NCBI RefSeq assembly: GCF_018350175.1
Contig: NC_058368.1
Location: 29,762,001 to 29,826,000, forward strand
Length of the DNA stretch: 64,000 nucleotides
Source of the DNA: Felis catus
Lineage: Eukaryota
Direction of reading: 5' to 3'
The translations under genes and the position numbers were made by a program. Shown piece by piece: positions 49,320-62,000 of this stretch. Each line of letters starts with the position of its first letter. Position 1 is the first letter of the stretch. A model generated the notes under the pieces. It made no database searches and had not been told where the DNA came from. It saw only the letters and a program-made list of their open reading frames with translations.

Positions 49320-49945
49320 GTAATGTGACCCGAAAACATTAGCTGGGCACATGGCCATCTAGAATCAAGACTGTATCCTTCAGCCTTCCCGGTAGCTGGA
49401 TATGGCTATGAGACTAAATTCTGTGATAGGTTATCAGCAGATATGTCCTGTGTGATTTTTGGGAAATGGCTTGGATTGCTGTGACCTTATTTGTCTTTTC
49501 CTTGTTTGGTCTAGAATAGAAGTTGGCAAACTTCTTCTGTAAAGGACCAGATAGTGAGTATTTTCAGCTCTGAGGGGCATATGATCTCTGTCACAACTAC
49601 CCAGTTCTACCGCTGAACTTTGAAAGCAGCTATAGACTGTATGCAAACAAATGGGTATGGCTGTGTACCAACAAGACCTGTTTACCAAAATGGGTGGAGG
49701 ATCGGATTTGGCTTATGGGTGGAGCCTGTCCCTGGTCTAGGAGGTGTACACGGTGGCTGGAATGACCCACGGGGCAGAAGGCATGTACTGAGGATGGCAG
49801 AAAAATAAGCCAGGGGGAGCCTGAGTCCCCAGTTTTCACAGAGCTACCCTGTGAGCCTGCTGGATTTCATTTACGGGAGAGAAATAAAGTTCTGTCTTGC
49901 TTAAGCTACTGTCGGTTGCAAATGAGCCTAATCCTGACTAATACA
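49320..49945 (+). mobile_element. MLT1-type LTR interrupted by MER58
   Basis: CAGCCTTCCCGGTAGCTGGATATGGCTATGAGACTAAATTCTG ... GAGAGAAATAAAGTTCTGTCTTGCTTAAGC ... CTAATCCTGACTAATACA. Confidence 0.65.
49516..49733 (+). mobile_element. MER58A-type hAT MITE
   Basis: GTTGGCAAACTT...CTGTAAAGGACCAGATAGT...ATGGGTATGGCTGTGTACCAA...GGATTTGGC; 8-bp TSD GGTCTAGA / GGTCTAGG. Confidence 0.8.
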
Positions 49946-51599
49946 CCATTCATGTGTGGTTAAGCCCAACTGAGGAATATGAAAGCAAAGCTCCAGCCAG
50001 GAACAAGGCATGCATTTTCCAGCAGTGTGTCCTTTACTCTGTATACCTCCAGAATTTTCCACCCATCTCGACGAACTGAGGACCCAAATAAAACTCTGGA
50101 TGGATCTTTGTGTGCCTCACAAGGGGCATGAAGAGAGAGCTGACCAAACTGACCCGTGGTGGGTGTAACCAGCAGGCCCTGGGGTTGTCCGAATACAACA
50201 TGCCAACGGACAGGCGGCCTCTGCCAGCTGTACACACTGGACCCTAGCTCTGACACGTGCTAGGGAGGTTTACAAGGTGCAAACGCAAGCACACTGAATT
50301 TTAGCGCTGCAATTTTAAATGCGTTCTTTTTTATTTTTTTATTTATTTTTATTTGTGGCCGTCAGTCGGAAGCTGTCCCTGGATCAGTAGTATTGGAAAA
50401 GCCTCTGGTGCCCTTTACTAATCCTTTCTGATGACTTAGTTTCTGGTGCCCTAGGGACTGACTCCGCCGAATCCTTCGAGCAAATCCAAAAGCCCAGTTT
50501 GTAGGAGCTGGGAGTCTTATGCACACTGCAAGAATGACAGGGTAATGGAAACCCAAAGGGCAATGGAAAACCCTTGCAACTTGGCTCTGACTCCAGGAAT
50601 GTGCCCTTCCCCACAGCTGCTGGAATATTGTTGCTGACCTCTTGCCAGGAGACTCGTCCACTCTTCTGCTGCAAGCAATGCTGCGGTTGCCTGTGGATGC
50701 AGACTAGCGCTTTATGGGGTGTCCCCATAAATGGGGGATGTGGGGTTGTTGTTTCTGTAGAGGAGAAAGCAGAGTGGTGATGTGCCCACGCTTTGTTTTC
50801 AACCACTTAGAGGTTGTGCCTGCGTGTGTGTGTGTGTGTGTATGTGTGGTGTTCAGTGAGGCAGTTATGGGCAAATTGTTGCCTGTGTTTTATGAAAGAG
50901 GGGAGGAATCAGCTACTTTGAAACAAAAGAGGTTTTGAGTAGGCCTACAGAAGATCTCAGCCTTCAGAGTGTTCAGCCGCCACACTGGGAAAGCTTAAGT
51001 GAGGGCGCCAGATCCCTGATCAGAGATGGTGAGGCGTGGGAGGAGCAGTGCAGACTTCAGAATGCTATAGAGTCAGGTTCAGTCCTGGCCTAGCCTGTCA
51101 CTTTCTGGTTGGCTTTGGGAATGTTGCTCAGCCTCTCTGTGCCTCAGTTCCTTAGCTCACAGGATGGCTCTGTGATAACCAGGATACAGATTCCTTCTAG
51201 TTTATTTCTCTGCCGTTCTCAGTAGATACTTTCACCTCATGGTCCAAAATGGCTGCTCTCACTCCAGCCACCTCACATGCATTCTATACCAGGGATGGGC
51301 AAACTAATACCCACAAGCCAGATCCAAACCATCTTTTAGGTTGGCAGATAGTAGTACCCCTGACATGCCAGGGATGCTGTAAGGAATGGATGTGATAGTG
51401 TTCATAAACAGGTAGCACAGTGTCTTACCCACAGTAAATGCTCAGAAAATATGAAATGAGCAATGAGACCCCACTGGCTCTGTGCAGTTCAGACACTCAG
51501 CCTAAGTAAGGCAGCTTCAGCAACGCCTGGTGTCTGTGCAGGTTGGATTGCACTGAGGACCACAAACTTCCACGTGAAGGCCTTTCTGCCTTCCTTCCT

Positions 51600-51900
51600 T
51601 CTATGTCTTCATCTCCTGGATCGCAGGTCAAAACTTCCTCTGGAAGCCTTGGCTCATTGAAGCCCTGACCACGTGCTCACAGGACCCCGTGGACCTCACT
51701 TTGCCACACTGGTCCCAGCAACTGCTGTTCATGGTTTGTGGGATCATTTGGTTGCTGCCTGTCTCCCCCACTGGACCGTGAGTTCCTAGAGGGTAGGAGC
51801 TACGTCTGTCTTTCTCCATCATATCCCCAGCAGCCAGCTGAGTATCTGGCATGTTAGTAGGTGCTCAATAAATCTTTGTGGGATGAATAAATGAACGAAG
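51600..51900. mobile_element. L2 LINE 3' end remnant
   Basis: GTCTCCCCCACTGGACCGTGAGTTCC...GGCATGTTAGTAGGTGCTCAATAAAT...TGAATAAATGAA. Confidence 0.7.
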
Positions 51901-54076
51901 GGTGTGTTGTTCAGGCTGCATATATATTAGTGCTTTCTGTTCTCTCGGGTCAATTTACATACCTATTTCCCTAGCACGACCGGTTTTGTCCTTTACCCCT
52001 GGTTTCATATGCCCATCAGAAGGGTTTGTACCTCAGTGAGCTCAAAAACATCTGCTGGTGAAGTCAGGAGGCTGAGCAGAGGCTTCCAGAGGGTGGAGGG
52101 TCAAAAGGCTGTGGAGCTGTCAGCTCGAGAATTTTGCTTTACGTGGGCCTCTGCATAACTATCTGCTTTCAAAGGCTTGGGGCTAATCAGAATTTCAAAG
52201 GATACTTTTAAATGTAATAGAATTCTACCTGAAAGAGCGATGAGTGAGGTTGGAGCTGTTTATTCCTCTAGTTGCTATTCTAGGCTTGTATCAAAGATAG
52301 CCGGGGCCTTGCTATTTTATTTTCATTCCTGCACAAAATGGAAAAATCTAATGTGATAGCAGGTCTGTGGTGATGGCAAGATCACAAAGAAACACTCCAT
52401 CCCGTTCCTTGCCTCAGTTATTCTAAGGAGAACAGAGGAGCACAGAAAGTGAACAGAACAGTGCCATTTTCAGCCGACTAGTCCTAGGAGGTAAAAGTCA
52501 AATGTCCTCTTTCCTTCTCCAGACCAGCCTTGGCGGCTCTTCTTATATTAGAATTTTGTGGAGCAAGTGTTGAAAATCCACTTGTAAATTAAAATGACTA
52601 GTATTAACACTTCTCATTGTTTTTTAAAAATAACTGTTGCTTTTGACCACAGTAGTCTTCGGGAAAATTGTGTAGAAGAAAAAAATAAAACAACCCGAAC
52701 AACCGCTTCTCAAGATTGTGGCGGGGGGCAGGCGGGGAAGCTGGGAGAGGACGCAGTGCATATGGCATTTAAAAAGATCTGCACCTGCCTTTCTCCGACC
52801 AGCTGGCAGACTATTCAAAGAAAAGTACTGTTCTTTCTGGAAATGCTCAGGACTGAGAGCATCTGCAAAAGGGTTGATAGAAGCTTCCTGGGATCGATTG
52901 CATGAAGCCTGTGCCAACCATCATTTTAGAAACGTGAACAGAGAGAGAACAGGTACTGTGCTTTGAAGAGTAGTTTTGAGATTTTGACACCCTGTAAGTT
53001 CTGCATATGCCCAAGAAATGGCAGGGGCAGCACACATCTGCTTTGCAGGCAGAATTATTTCCATGCTAAGGTGCTTTATAACTAGGTTCCAGGTGTTACT
53101 TTGAGAGGTGGGAGAACAAGAGTATTCATCAGCGCATCTGAACAGCAGAAACATCAGCTGGGAGGTGGTCTGTGCAGTTCCTTAAGTGCCCCCCCAGCGC
53201 CCTCCCCTCCCCCCCCCGCCCGCCTTCCCCAGCACCGTCCCCCATCATTCAGAGGCCCAGCATTCACAAAATTAATTCATTGCATTAGGCTTCCTGGTGA
53301 CCTGCCTCTCACCCCTTGGCTGCCCTAGAGCCTGTATCCTTGATTCTGGTTCTTGGAGTCTAACCTCTCAGAGACAGTTACTGAAATTTAATGGAAAGCG
53401 TGTGAAAAGAAATGATGTATTTGGTCCACTTCGATGGCTATCTTAAAAAGCTGTGCCTGGGCATTATTCCTGAGAAACCGCATTTAGTTTCTCACAGAGC
53501 ACACAAACCTGAAGGGAACAAATAGCTAATTCTGCTACTTAAAACTGTCCAGGGCTCTTGCTGTGCCTTTTGTTGAGTGCAATTGCATTATCTAATGAAT
53601 AATCGATGTTCAGCTGACACCTGAGGGTCCAGATACTAATCCTCAACTGAATTTACTGATTTGTTCTCTGTTTCTAATCTTTACCATTGAGCTTATTCTC
53701 CTGACACTGAACCCCTCTTTCGGCTCCAACCTTTACCCCCGTTGCAGTGGACATCCAGAGGACCCATGGGCTCTGGGAATGCAGATGGTAGCGTTCAGGA
53801 GGGATGGATACAAAATAGGGGACCCACCTTTGACTGTAATCCCTTATTACCTCTAGCTCCTTCATTTATATTTATTTATTTATTTATTTATTTACTCACT
53901 CATTCACTCAACAAATACTTCTTTGCCTGGTCTCTGCAGGTGCTGGGCCTGAGTCATGATTTTGGTTATGTCCCTGCCTGCAGGGGTTTGCAGTAGTTGT
54001 AGGTCCCAGGATGTGGCAGGAACTCATCTCAACTTTGGGCTTCCTCTCTCTTGGTTTCTGATATTGGAATGGATCA

Positions 54077-54385
54077 CGGGCACCTGGGTGGCTCAGGTCA
54101 TGATCTTATGGTTCATGAGTTCAAATCCCACATCAGGAGAGCTTGATCCCCACTTCAGGGGAACATGAGCCCTGCTTTGGTAAAAAAAAAAAAAAAAGAA
54201 AAAGAAAAACAAAACACAAAAAAACAACCAAGAGCCCAGCTTTGGGTGAGCCCTGCTTCTCCCTCTCTGTCTCCCTCTCCTTCTGCCCCTACTACGATAC
54301 CCTCTCTCTGTCTCTCTGTCTCTCTGTCTCTCTGCCCCTTGCTCACTTGTGCTCTCTCCCTCTCTCTCTCTCAAAAATAAAAAGG
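54077..54385 (+). mobile_element. Atypical CanSINE with internal repeats and an internal A-rich block
   Basis: SINE head and tail; repeated GAGCCC(T/A)GCTT units; A-run at 54182-54232; TGGATCACG on both flanks. Confidence 0.8.
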
Positions 54386-55044
54386 GGAGGGGGTGGTGGA
54401 TCACGTCTCTGATTTCTCAGAGACTGTAGATCCAGAGGCAAGGCCTGGCTCTCCTGGGGATGGAAAGTCTCTCCATGTGTTTAGTGCTATTGCACCGTCT
54501 GGGAGTGGTCGAACCTAGTGGGTTGATTCTGCACTACGGAAGAGAATGTCTTTCATCTTCTCGCCTCATAGAAGACCGGTGTGGTGTGTCAGAGCACCTG
54601 GAGGGAGAGGACCATATTTTATTCATCTTTCCTTTCTCAGCTTCTGGCAAAAAGCCGAGCATGTAGTAGGAGCTTTCAGAATGAATAGAGTGAATGGCTA
54701 TGTCTGCTCAAAGTGTATATCTTACCGCAGGGTCAGTGGGGTCATATTCCCAGGTAAAGGGAAGCTTTATAGTTCCAGTGCATCATTCAACTTCTGAAAT
54801 GGAGACTGGAAAGAGCAAGGCCTCAGCTCCCCAGGAATGTAGCCCAACTGGATGCGACTGGACATGCACCTAGCAGAGCTTATGTTTTCCGTTCTGCAGA
54901 GAGTCACGGATGAGGCACAGATACTCGCTGCAGTTGAGAGTTGGCAGGAAGTGACTGCGCCGGGAGACTGATCAAAGGTTTGGGGACCAAAAATGGTCAC
55001 TGGTGTGGAGCCCTTTCTACATATCTGTTTCTGGAACCAAGATT

Positions 55045-55500
55045 TCACTTGTTCAACAAATAGCATGTGTGGTTTGGGTCTGGATATTGAGGATATGATT
55101 GTGAGCAAAACAGACAAAAATCCCTGCCTTCGTGGAACATTTCATAGAGCATTCAAGTGAGGGTGTATGTGTGATCAACGAACAAAAGAAATACTTAGAG
55201 AGCGTATTAGAAAGTGACGGGGGGCTGGAGAGGCAGAAAGCAGGGAAGGGGATGAGAATACTGAGGTGGGGGGGCGGCGGGTAATTTTAAATTGGGAGAG
55301 CAGAGAAGTCTAATGGAAAAGGTGACATTTGAGGAAGAGATCTGGTGGGGGAGTGAGCCAGGTGGATTTCTGGGGGAAGGGTATTACAGACAGAGGGAAC
55401 AGGAGTTGTAAAACTGTTGGTGGGTGGTGCCTGCTGTGTTCAAGCAGCAAGGACAGCAGAGTGGCTGGAGGTAAAGGGAGACAGATTGGGTCAGGCCTTT
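55045..55500. mobile_element. L2 LINE remnant
   Basis: TTCAACAAATA...AACAGACAAAAATCCCTGCCTTCGTGGA...GGTGACATTTGAG...CAGAGGGAACAG. Confidence 0.65.
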
Positions 55501-56499
55501 TAGGGAAGGGGAGGAACAGAGCATCAGCCATGCTTCTCCCCTTACTCTACACTTGTTAAATTCCTTCAGCTTCTTCGAGGGCCTATGCAGGTCAGTTACC
55601 AGGGAATCTGAGTCAAAATGTATCAGAAAAAAAAAAAAAAAAAAAAGGCCGTCACTGGCCTAAGATGGGGATGGAATGCTGAGACTTCTGGGCTGTGAGT
55701 TTGGGTGTGTGGCTCAGGGAGTGGGGAGGAGCATGGCACCCTTAAGTTCAGTCCCTTGGGGAGTTTGATGAAGGCACCGTTTGCAAAGATGAGGGCAGAG
55801 TGTAGGGAGAGCAAGGAGGGCTGGTGCTACGTCCACGGGGTTGGCAACACCAGGAACCAATGCAACTCTAAGGCCTGAGAGAGCAGGGGAGGGAGCAGTT
55901 ACTGGCACCAGTGAGGATGGCTGTCCGGAGAGGTCCATCTGGTGGAGCCATGAACTTTGGCTGAGGTCAGTTCACGGTGACCCACACAAGAGAGCAGAAG
56001 TCATAAATGCCTCCACTCCTTCTCTTCTCTCCTGAAGTGCTCCCCGTGGGCTGACTTCAGCCGGCAACTGCAGAGCGAGGGGGCTTGTTGAAGTGGTCCA
56101 TGGGGGTCAGGCTCCTGGGTTACGGAGCTGGGTGGAGCAGGATGGAGAGTGGATCTGCAGGGGTGAATGGAAGACGTCTGGCACGGATGCTGTGGGATAG
56201 AGAGAAGAAGGGCATGTGGGACTGAGTAGAGAGGAAAAGTGACACTGAGAAACCACCTAAGCAAGGTGGCCTGTTCCAGGTTGCCACTCAGAAGCCAAGC
56301 AGCCTGAGGTCGTCCCACTGAAACCCAGAGGGGACCACCCATTGTCACCTGTCAGTCTGACACCCAGCACGTGCTCCTTTCAGAGCCCCGTTCATCTGCA
56401 TGGCGAGACTGTCCAGTGCCCCACTGGTCCATCATCAATGCACAACAACATCAAGGGCACTGGCCTGCAGACAGAAAGTGGGGGACTCGGGCCTCTTTT

Positions 56500-56730
56500 T
56501 AAAAACTAAATTAAATTCTGAACAATAAGATTGTCTATTTTGAGGCGTACGATATGATGATGTGATATACATACACACAGTGATGTGATTACTACAGTGA
56601 AGCTAATTAACATGTCATCTCCTCATATAGTTAGCATTTGTGTTTGTGTGGTGGGAGCACCTGAAATCTGCTCTCTAAGCAAATTTCCAGGAGCAATACT
56701 GTATTATTAATGATGGTCATCATGCTGGAT
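56500..56730 (-). mobile_element. L1 3' UTR fragment (L1MA type)
   Basis: GTGAAGCTAATTAACATGTCATCTCCTCATATAGTTA...CTCTCTAAGCAAATTTC...TATTATTAA. Confidence 0.65.
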
Positions 56731-57987
56731 ACTAGCTGTCTGGGAATACTGAGGGGCGTGCTGGTACGAAGGGAGAGCCTCATCCCCGGCCAAGGTGGGA
56801 CCAGACCGAGCCTGTTTAGCAGGACAGTGGTCGGCAGGATGTTTCAATTAACACGATATCACTGGGAACTTTCCTGGGCAGGACAGTGGAGCTTCAGAGC
56901 TGCAGTTCTGGAGGGTTTAGAGTTTCCTACAAACCGTCAGTGGCGTTAGGAACTGGGCAGTGTCTCAATTTCTGTGGATTTGTTCTCTTCGCTTACAGAA
57001 ATGACTTTGAAATTGATGCTATGGATGACTGGGAAGGCTTGAAATTTCATTACTCCAGATAGAGCCCCAAATCCTTAATATGGCCTGCTGGTCTTGTGGA
57101 ACCCAGCCCCTGCCTGCTTCACCGCATTCAACGTGTGGCACTTTCCCCTTGTTCCCTGCGCCCTGGCCACCTAGAGCCTTATTTCAGGGCCTCCAAGGGC
57201 CACGTTCCTTTCCACTTGTTGGCCTGCCCTTCCGATCCCCTCTACCTCCTCCTATAGCCACTCTGCTCCTTAGTTTCGACTCAACTCAAAATCACTTCTT
57301 CACAGAAGCCCTCCCTGACATTCCAGCAGGGCTGTGTCACAGCTTACATTCTCTCAGACCGTCTGGCCCATCTCACACTTCTCACAACTGTAATGAAATC
57401 TTTAACTGAATGATTAGTTGTTTCATTTGACTATAAGGTCTGATTTGCTGCTGCCCGGTGAGTGCTTGTGCATAGAAGACACTCCGTAAATATTTGAGGG
57501 AATTATTGACCAAAAGCTAAAAATGAGTTAGGAGTAGGTGTACACGTGCTGCACAGAAAAGAAATCAGAGAAACATAGACTAGAAAGGATACTTGCCAGT
57601 CCTCTCCCCGGCCCAGCCTTTCTTGGTGTGGGGAACGAGGAACCGTTGGAAGCAGGGATATAGGAGGCAGAGGAAGACTGGGAGGAGATCCAGGCAGAGT
57701 CAATTCCCCAGACACCTGTAGACAATGAAGAAAAGCTGTTGTCAGATGTCTTAACACTGGTCTCATGCTCTCTAGCAAAAGAAAATCCAGCCAGGCGATA
57801 TTAACAGGGGAAAGCTTTAAAATGTGAGAATAGCAACCTTCTTGCTCTGCTGACTGATTTGCAAAGGTCTGGGCTTGAGGCCTGAAGTGGTAACAGGTTC
57901 AGGCCACCAGAAATTATTTTAACTGGTGTCCTGACATCTGGGGAGTTCAAGAGCGAGCAAAGTGAAGTGGGCTATTTATAAATTAGT

Positions 57988-57989
57988 AA

Positions 57990-58020
<31 letters not shown>

Positions 58021-58023
58021 AAT
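57988..58023. repeat. (AAAT)n microsatellite
   Basis: Read directly. Confidence 0.9.
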
Positions 58024-58149
58024 GTTGGAAGCTTTCTAGCCTATCAGAGCAACAAACACAAGGTGTACCGTTATTAGAATTCACCAGCCCCAAATTACAA
58101 ATCTGTGAGGAACAGGGAATAAAATGGCAGGATTAAAACTGAAATCTTG

Positions 58150-58361
58150 ATTTTTTTATGTTTATTTATTTTTGAGATTGAGAGAGACAGAACATGAGTG
58201 GGGGAGCGGCAGAGAGAGAGAAGGAGACACAGAATCTGAAGCAGGCTCCAGGTTCTGAGCTATCAGCACAGAGCCTGATGTGGGGCTTGAACTCTCAGAC
58301 TGTGAGATCGTGACCTGAGCCGAAGGCAGCAGCTTAACTGACTGAGACACCCAGGTGCCCC
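58150..58361 (-). mobile_element. CanSINE
   Basis: TSD TAAAACTGAAATCTT on both sides. Confidence 0.92.
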
Positions 58362-58789
58362 TAAAACTGAAATCTTTTTTCACGATCGCAGATTTATATT
58401 TGTGGGGGGAGGTGGTCTCTACAGAAGAGGTCACATCTTAAACTTGGGTCTGATAGGCTCTGAGAAATGCCTGGCCCTGAAGGAGAATAGAGTTAAGGTT
58501 TATAGAGAGCCAAGAGAAATGATTTTGGGGACCCAGGAGGATGGTAAGGAAGAGACTAGTGAAATAGGTGAAGAACAGAGTGAGAAAGGCAGTGGGAATA
58601 GATGTGTGGGGCTGATGGGGGAAGAGGAAGCAAGCAGATGAAGGAGTAGATCTGACTGATGGGTACAGGGCCATTGCAATTCCTTCCTTCCTTCCTTCTT
58701 CCTTCCTATTCTCCTTCCCTTATATTCCTACTATTAATTCTTTTTATTTTTTAGTTAAAAAATTTTTTTAAAGACAAAAATTCTTTGTA

Positions 58790-59006
58790 TTTATTAAAAC
58801 ATTTTTGTAATGTTTATTTTTGAGAGAGAGAGGGACAGAGTGTGAGGAGGGGAGGGGCAGAGAGAGAGGGAGATATAGAATCAGAAGCAGGCTCCAGGCT
58901 CTGAGCTGTCACACAGAGCCCGATGCAGGGCTCGAACTCACAGGCTACAAGATCATGACCTGAGCCACAGTCAGCTGCCCAACTGACTGAGCCACCCAGG
59001 CGCCCC
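58790..59006 (-). mobile_element. CanSINE
   Basis: Minus-strand head/body/tail; degenerate TSD GACAAAAATTCTTT / GACAGATATTCTTT. Confidence 0.9.
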
Positions 59007-59097
59007 TAGGGACAGATATTCTTTTTTTTCATATGTTAATGAATATTTTATTTATTACTGACCATTATATTTTGGGCCAAATTCTTTTGATGGTAGA

Positions 59098-62000
59098 TAT
59101 TTTTTTAATTTTATTTTTTTAAATTTACATCCAAATTAGTTAGCATATAGTGCAACAATGATTTCAGGAGTAGATTTCTTAATTCCCCTTACCCATTTAG
59201 CCCATCCCCCCTCCCACCACCCCTCCAGTAACCCTCTGTTTGTTCTCTACATTTAAGAGTCTCCCATGTTCTGTCCCCCTCCCTGTCCCTATATTATCTT
59301 TGCTTCTCTTCCTTTATGTTCATCTGTTTTGTATCTTAATGTCATCATATGAGTGAAGTCATAAGGTATTTGTCTTTCTCTGACTAATTTCGTTTAGCAT
59401 AATACCCTCTAGTTCCATCCACCTAACTGCAAATGGCAAGATTTCATTCTTTTTGATTGCCAAGTAATTCTCCATTGTATATATATACCACATCTTCTTT
59501 ATCCATTCATCCATTGATGGACATTTGGGCTCTTTCCATATTTTGGCTATTGTTAATAGTGCTGCTGTAAATATTGGGGTGCATACGTCCCTTTGAAACA
59601 GCACACCTGTATACCTTGGATAAATACCTAGTAGCGAAATTGCTGGGTCGTAGGGTAGTTCCATTTTTAATTTCTTGAGGAACCTCCATACTGTTCTCCA
59701 GAGTGGCTGCACCAGTTTGCATTCCCACCAGCAGTGCAAAAGAGATCCTCTTTCTCCACATCCTCGCCAACATCTGTTGTTGCCTGGTTGTTAATGTTAG
59801 CCATTCTGACAGGTGTAAGGTGGTATCTCATTGTGGTTTTGATTTGTATTTCTCTGATGATGAGTGATGTTAAGCATTTTTTCATGTGTTGGTTGGCCAT
59901 CTGGATGTCTTCTTTGGAGAAGTGTCAATTCATGTCTTTTGTCTATTTCTTCACTGGATTATTTGTTTTTTGGGTGTTGAGTTTGATAAGTCCTTTATAG
60001 ATTTTGGATACTAACCCTTTGTCTGATAAGTCATTTGCAAATATCTTCTCCCATTCTGTCAGTTACCTTTTAGTTTTGCTGATTGTTTCCTTCACTGTGC
60101 AGAAGCTTTTTATTTTGAGGAGGTCCCAATATTCATTTTTGCTTTTGTTTCCCTTGCCTCTGGAGATGTGTTGAGTAAGAAGTTGCTGCAGCCAAAGTCA
60201 AAGAGGTTTTTTCCTGCTTTCTCCTCGAGGATTTTGATGGCTTCCTGTCTTACATTGAGGTCTTTCATCCATTTTGAGTTTATTTTTGTGTATTGTGTAA
60301 GAAAGTGGTCTATGTTCATTCTTCTGCATGTCGCTGTCCAGTTTTCCCAGCACCACTTGCTGAAGAGATTGCCTTTATTCCATTGGATATTCTTTCCTGC
60401 TTTGTGAAAGATTAGTTGGCCATACGCTTGTGGGTCCATTTCTGGGTTCTCTATTCCATTGATCTGTCTGTTTTTGTGCCAGTACCATACTGTCTTGATG
60501 ATTACAGCTTTGTAATAGAGCTTGAAGTCCGGAATTGTGACGCCTCCAGCTTTGGTTTTCTTTTTCAACATTTCTTTGGCTATTCAGGGTCTTTTCTGGT
60601 TCCATACACATTTTAGGATTGTTTGTTCTAGCTCTGTGAAAAATGCTGGGGTTGTTTTGATAGTGATTGCATTGAATATGTAGATTGCTTTGGGGAGTAT
60701 TGACATCTGAACGATATTTGTTCTTCCTCTCCAGGAGCATGGAATCTTTTTCCATTTTTTGTGTCTTCTTCAGTTTCTTTCATAAGCTTTCTATAGTTTT
60801 CAGTGTATAGATTTTTCACCTCTTTGGTTAGATTTATTCCTAGGTATTTTATGGTTTTTGGTGCAATTGTAAATGGGATCGATTCCTTGATTTCTCTTTT
60901 TGTTGCTTCATTATTGGTGTGCAGCAATGCAACCGATTTCTGTGCATTGATTTTATATCCTGTGACTTTGCTGAATTCATGTATCAGTTCTAGCAGTTTT
61001 TTGGTGGAATCTTTTGAGTTTTCCATACAGAGTATCATGTCATTTTTCCAGGAGGAAAGACTGACCTCCTCCTGGCTGATTTGGATGCCTTTTATTTCTT
61101 TGTGTTGTCTGATTGCTGAGGCTAAGGCTTCCAATACTATGTTGAATAACAGTGGCAAGAGTGGGCATCCCTATCTTGTTCCTGACCTTAGGGGGAAAGC
61201 TCTCAGTGTTTCCCCATGGAGGATGATATTAGCAGTGGGTCTTTCATATATGTCTCTTATGATCTTGAGGTATGATCCTTCTATCCCTACTTTCTTGAGG
61301 GTTTTTATCAAGAAAGGATGCTGTATTTTGTCAAATGCTTTCTCTGCATCTATTGAGAGGTTCGTGTGCTTCTTGTCCTATCTTTTACTGATGTGATGAA
61401 TCACACTGATTGTTTTGTGGATATTGAACCAGCCCTGCATCCCAGGTATAAATCCTGCTTGGTCATGATGAATAATTTGTTTAATGTATTGTTGGATCCG
61501 GTTGGCTAATATCTTGTTGGGGATTTTTGCATCCATGTTCCTCAGGGAAATTGGTCTATAGTTCTCCTTTTTAGTAGGGTCTTTGTCTGGTTTTGGAATC
61601 AAGGTAATGGTGACTTCATAGAAAGAATTTGGAAGTTTTCCTTCCATTTCTATATTTTGGAACAGCTTCAAGAAAACAGATGTCAAGTCTTCCTTAAATG
61701 TTTGGTAGCATTCCCCAGGAAAGCCATCTGGCCCTGGACTCTTGTTTTGTAGGAGATTTTTGATTACTAATTCGATTTCTTTACTGGTTATGAGTCTGTC
61801 CAAATTTTCTATTTCTTCCTGTTTCAGTTTTGGTAGTGTATATGTTTCTAGGAATTTGTCCATTTCTTCCAGATTGCCCATTTTATTGGCGTATAATTGC
61901 TCATAATATGCTCTTACTATTTTTTGTCTTTTTGCTGTGTTGGTTGTGATCTCTCCTCTGTCATTCTTGATTTTATTCATTGGGGTCCTTTCCTTTTTCT

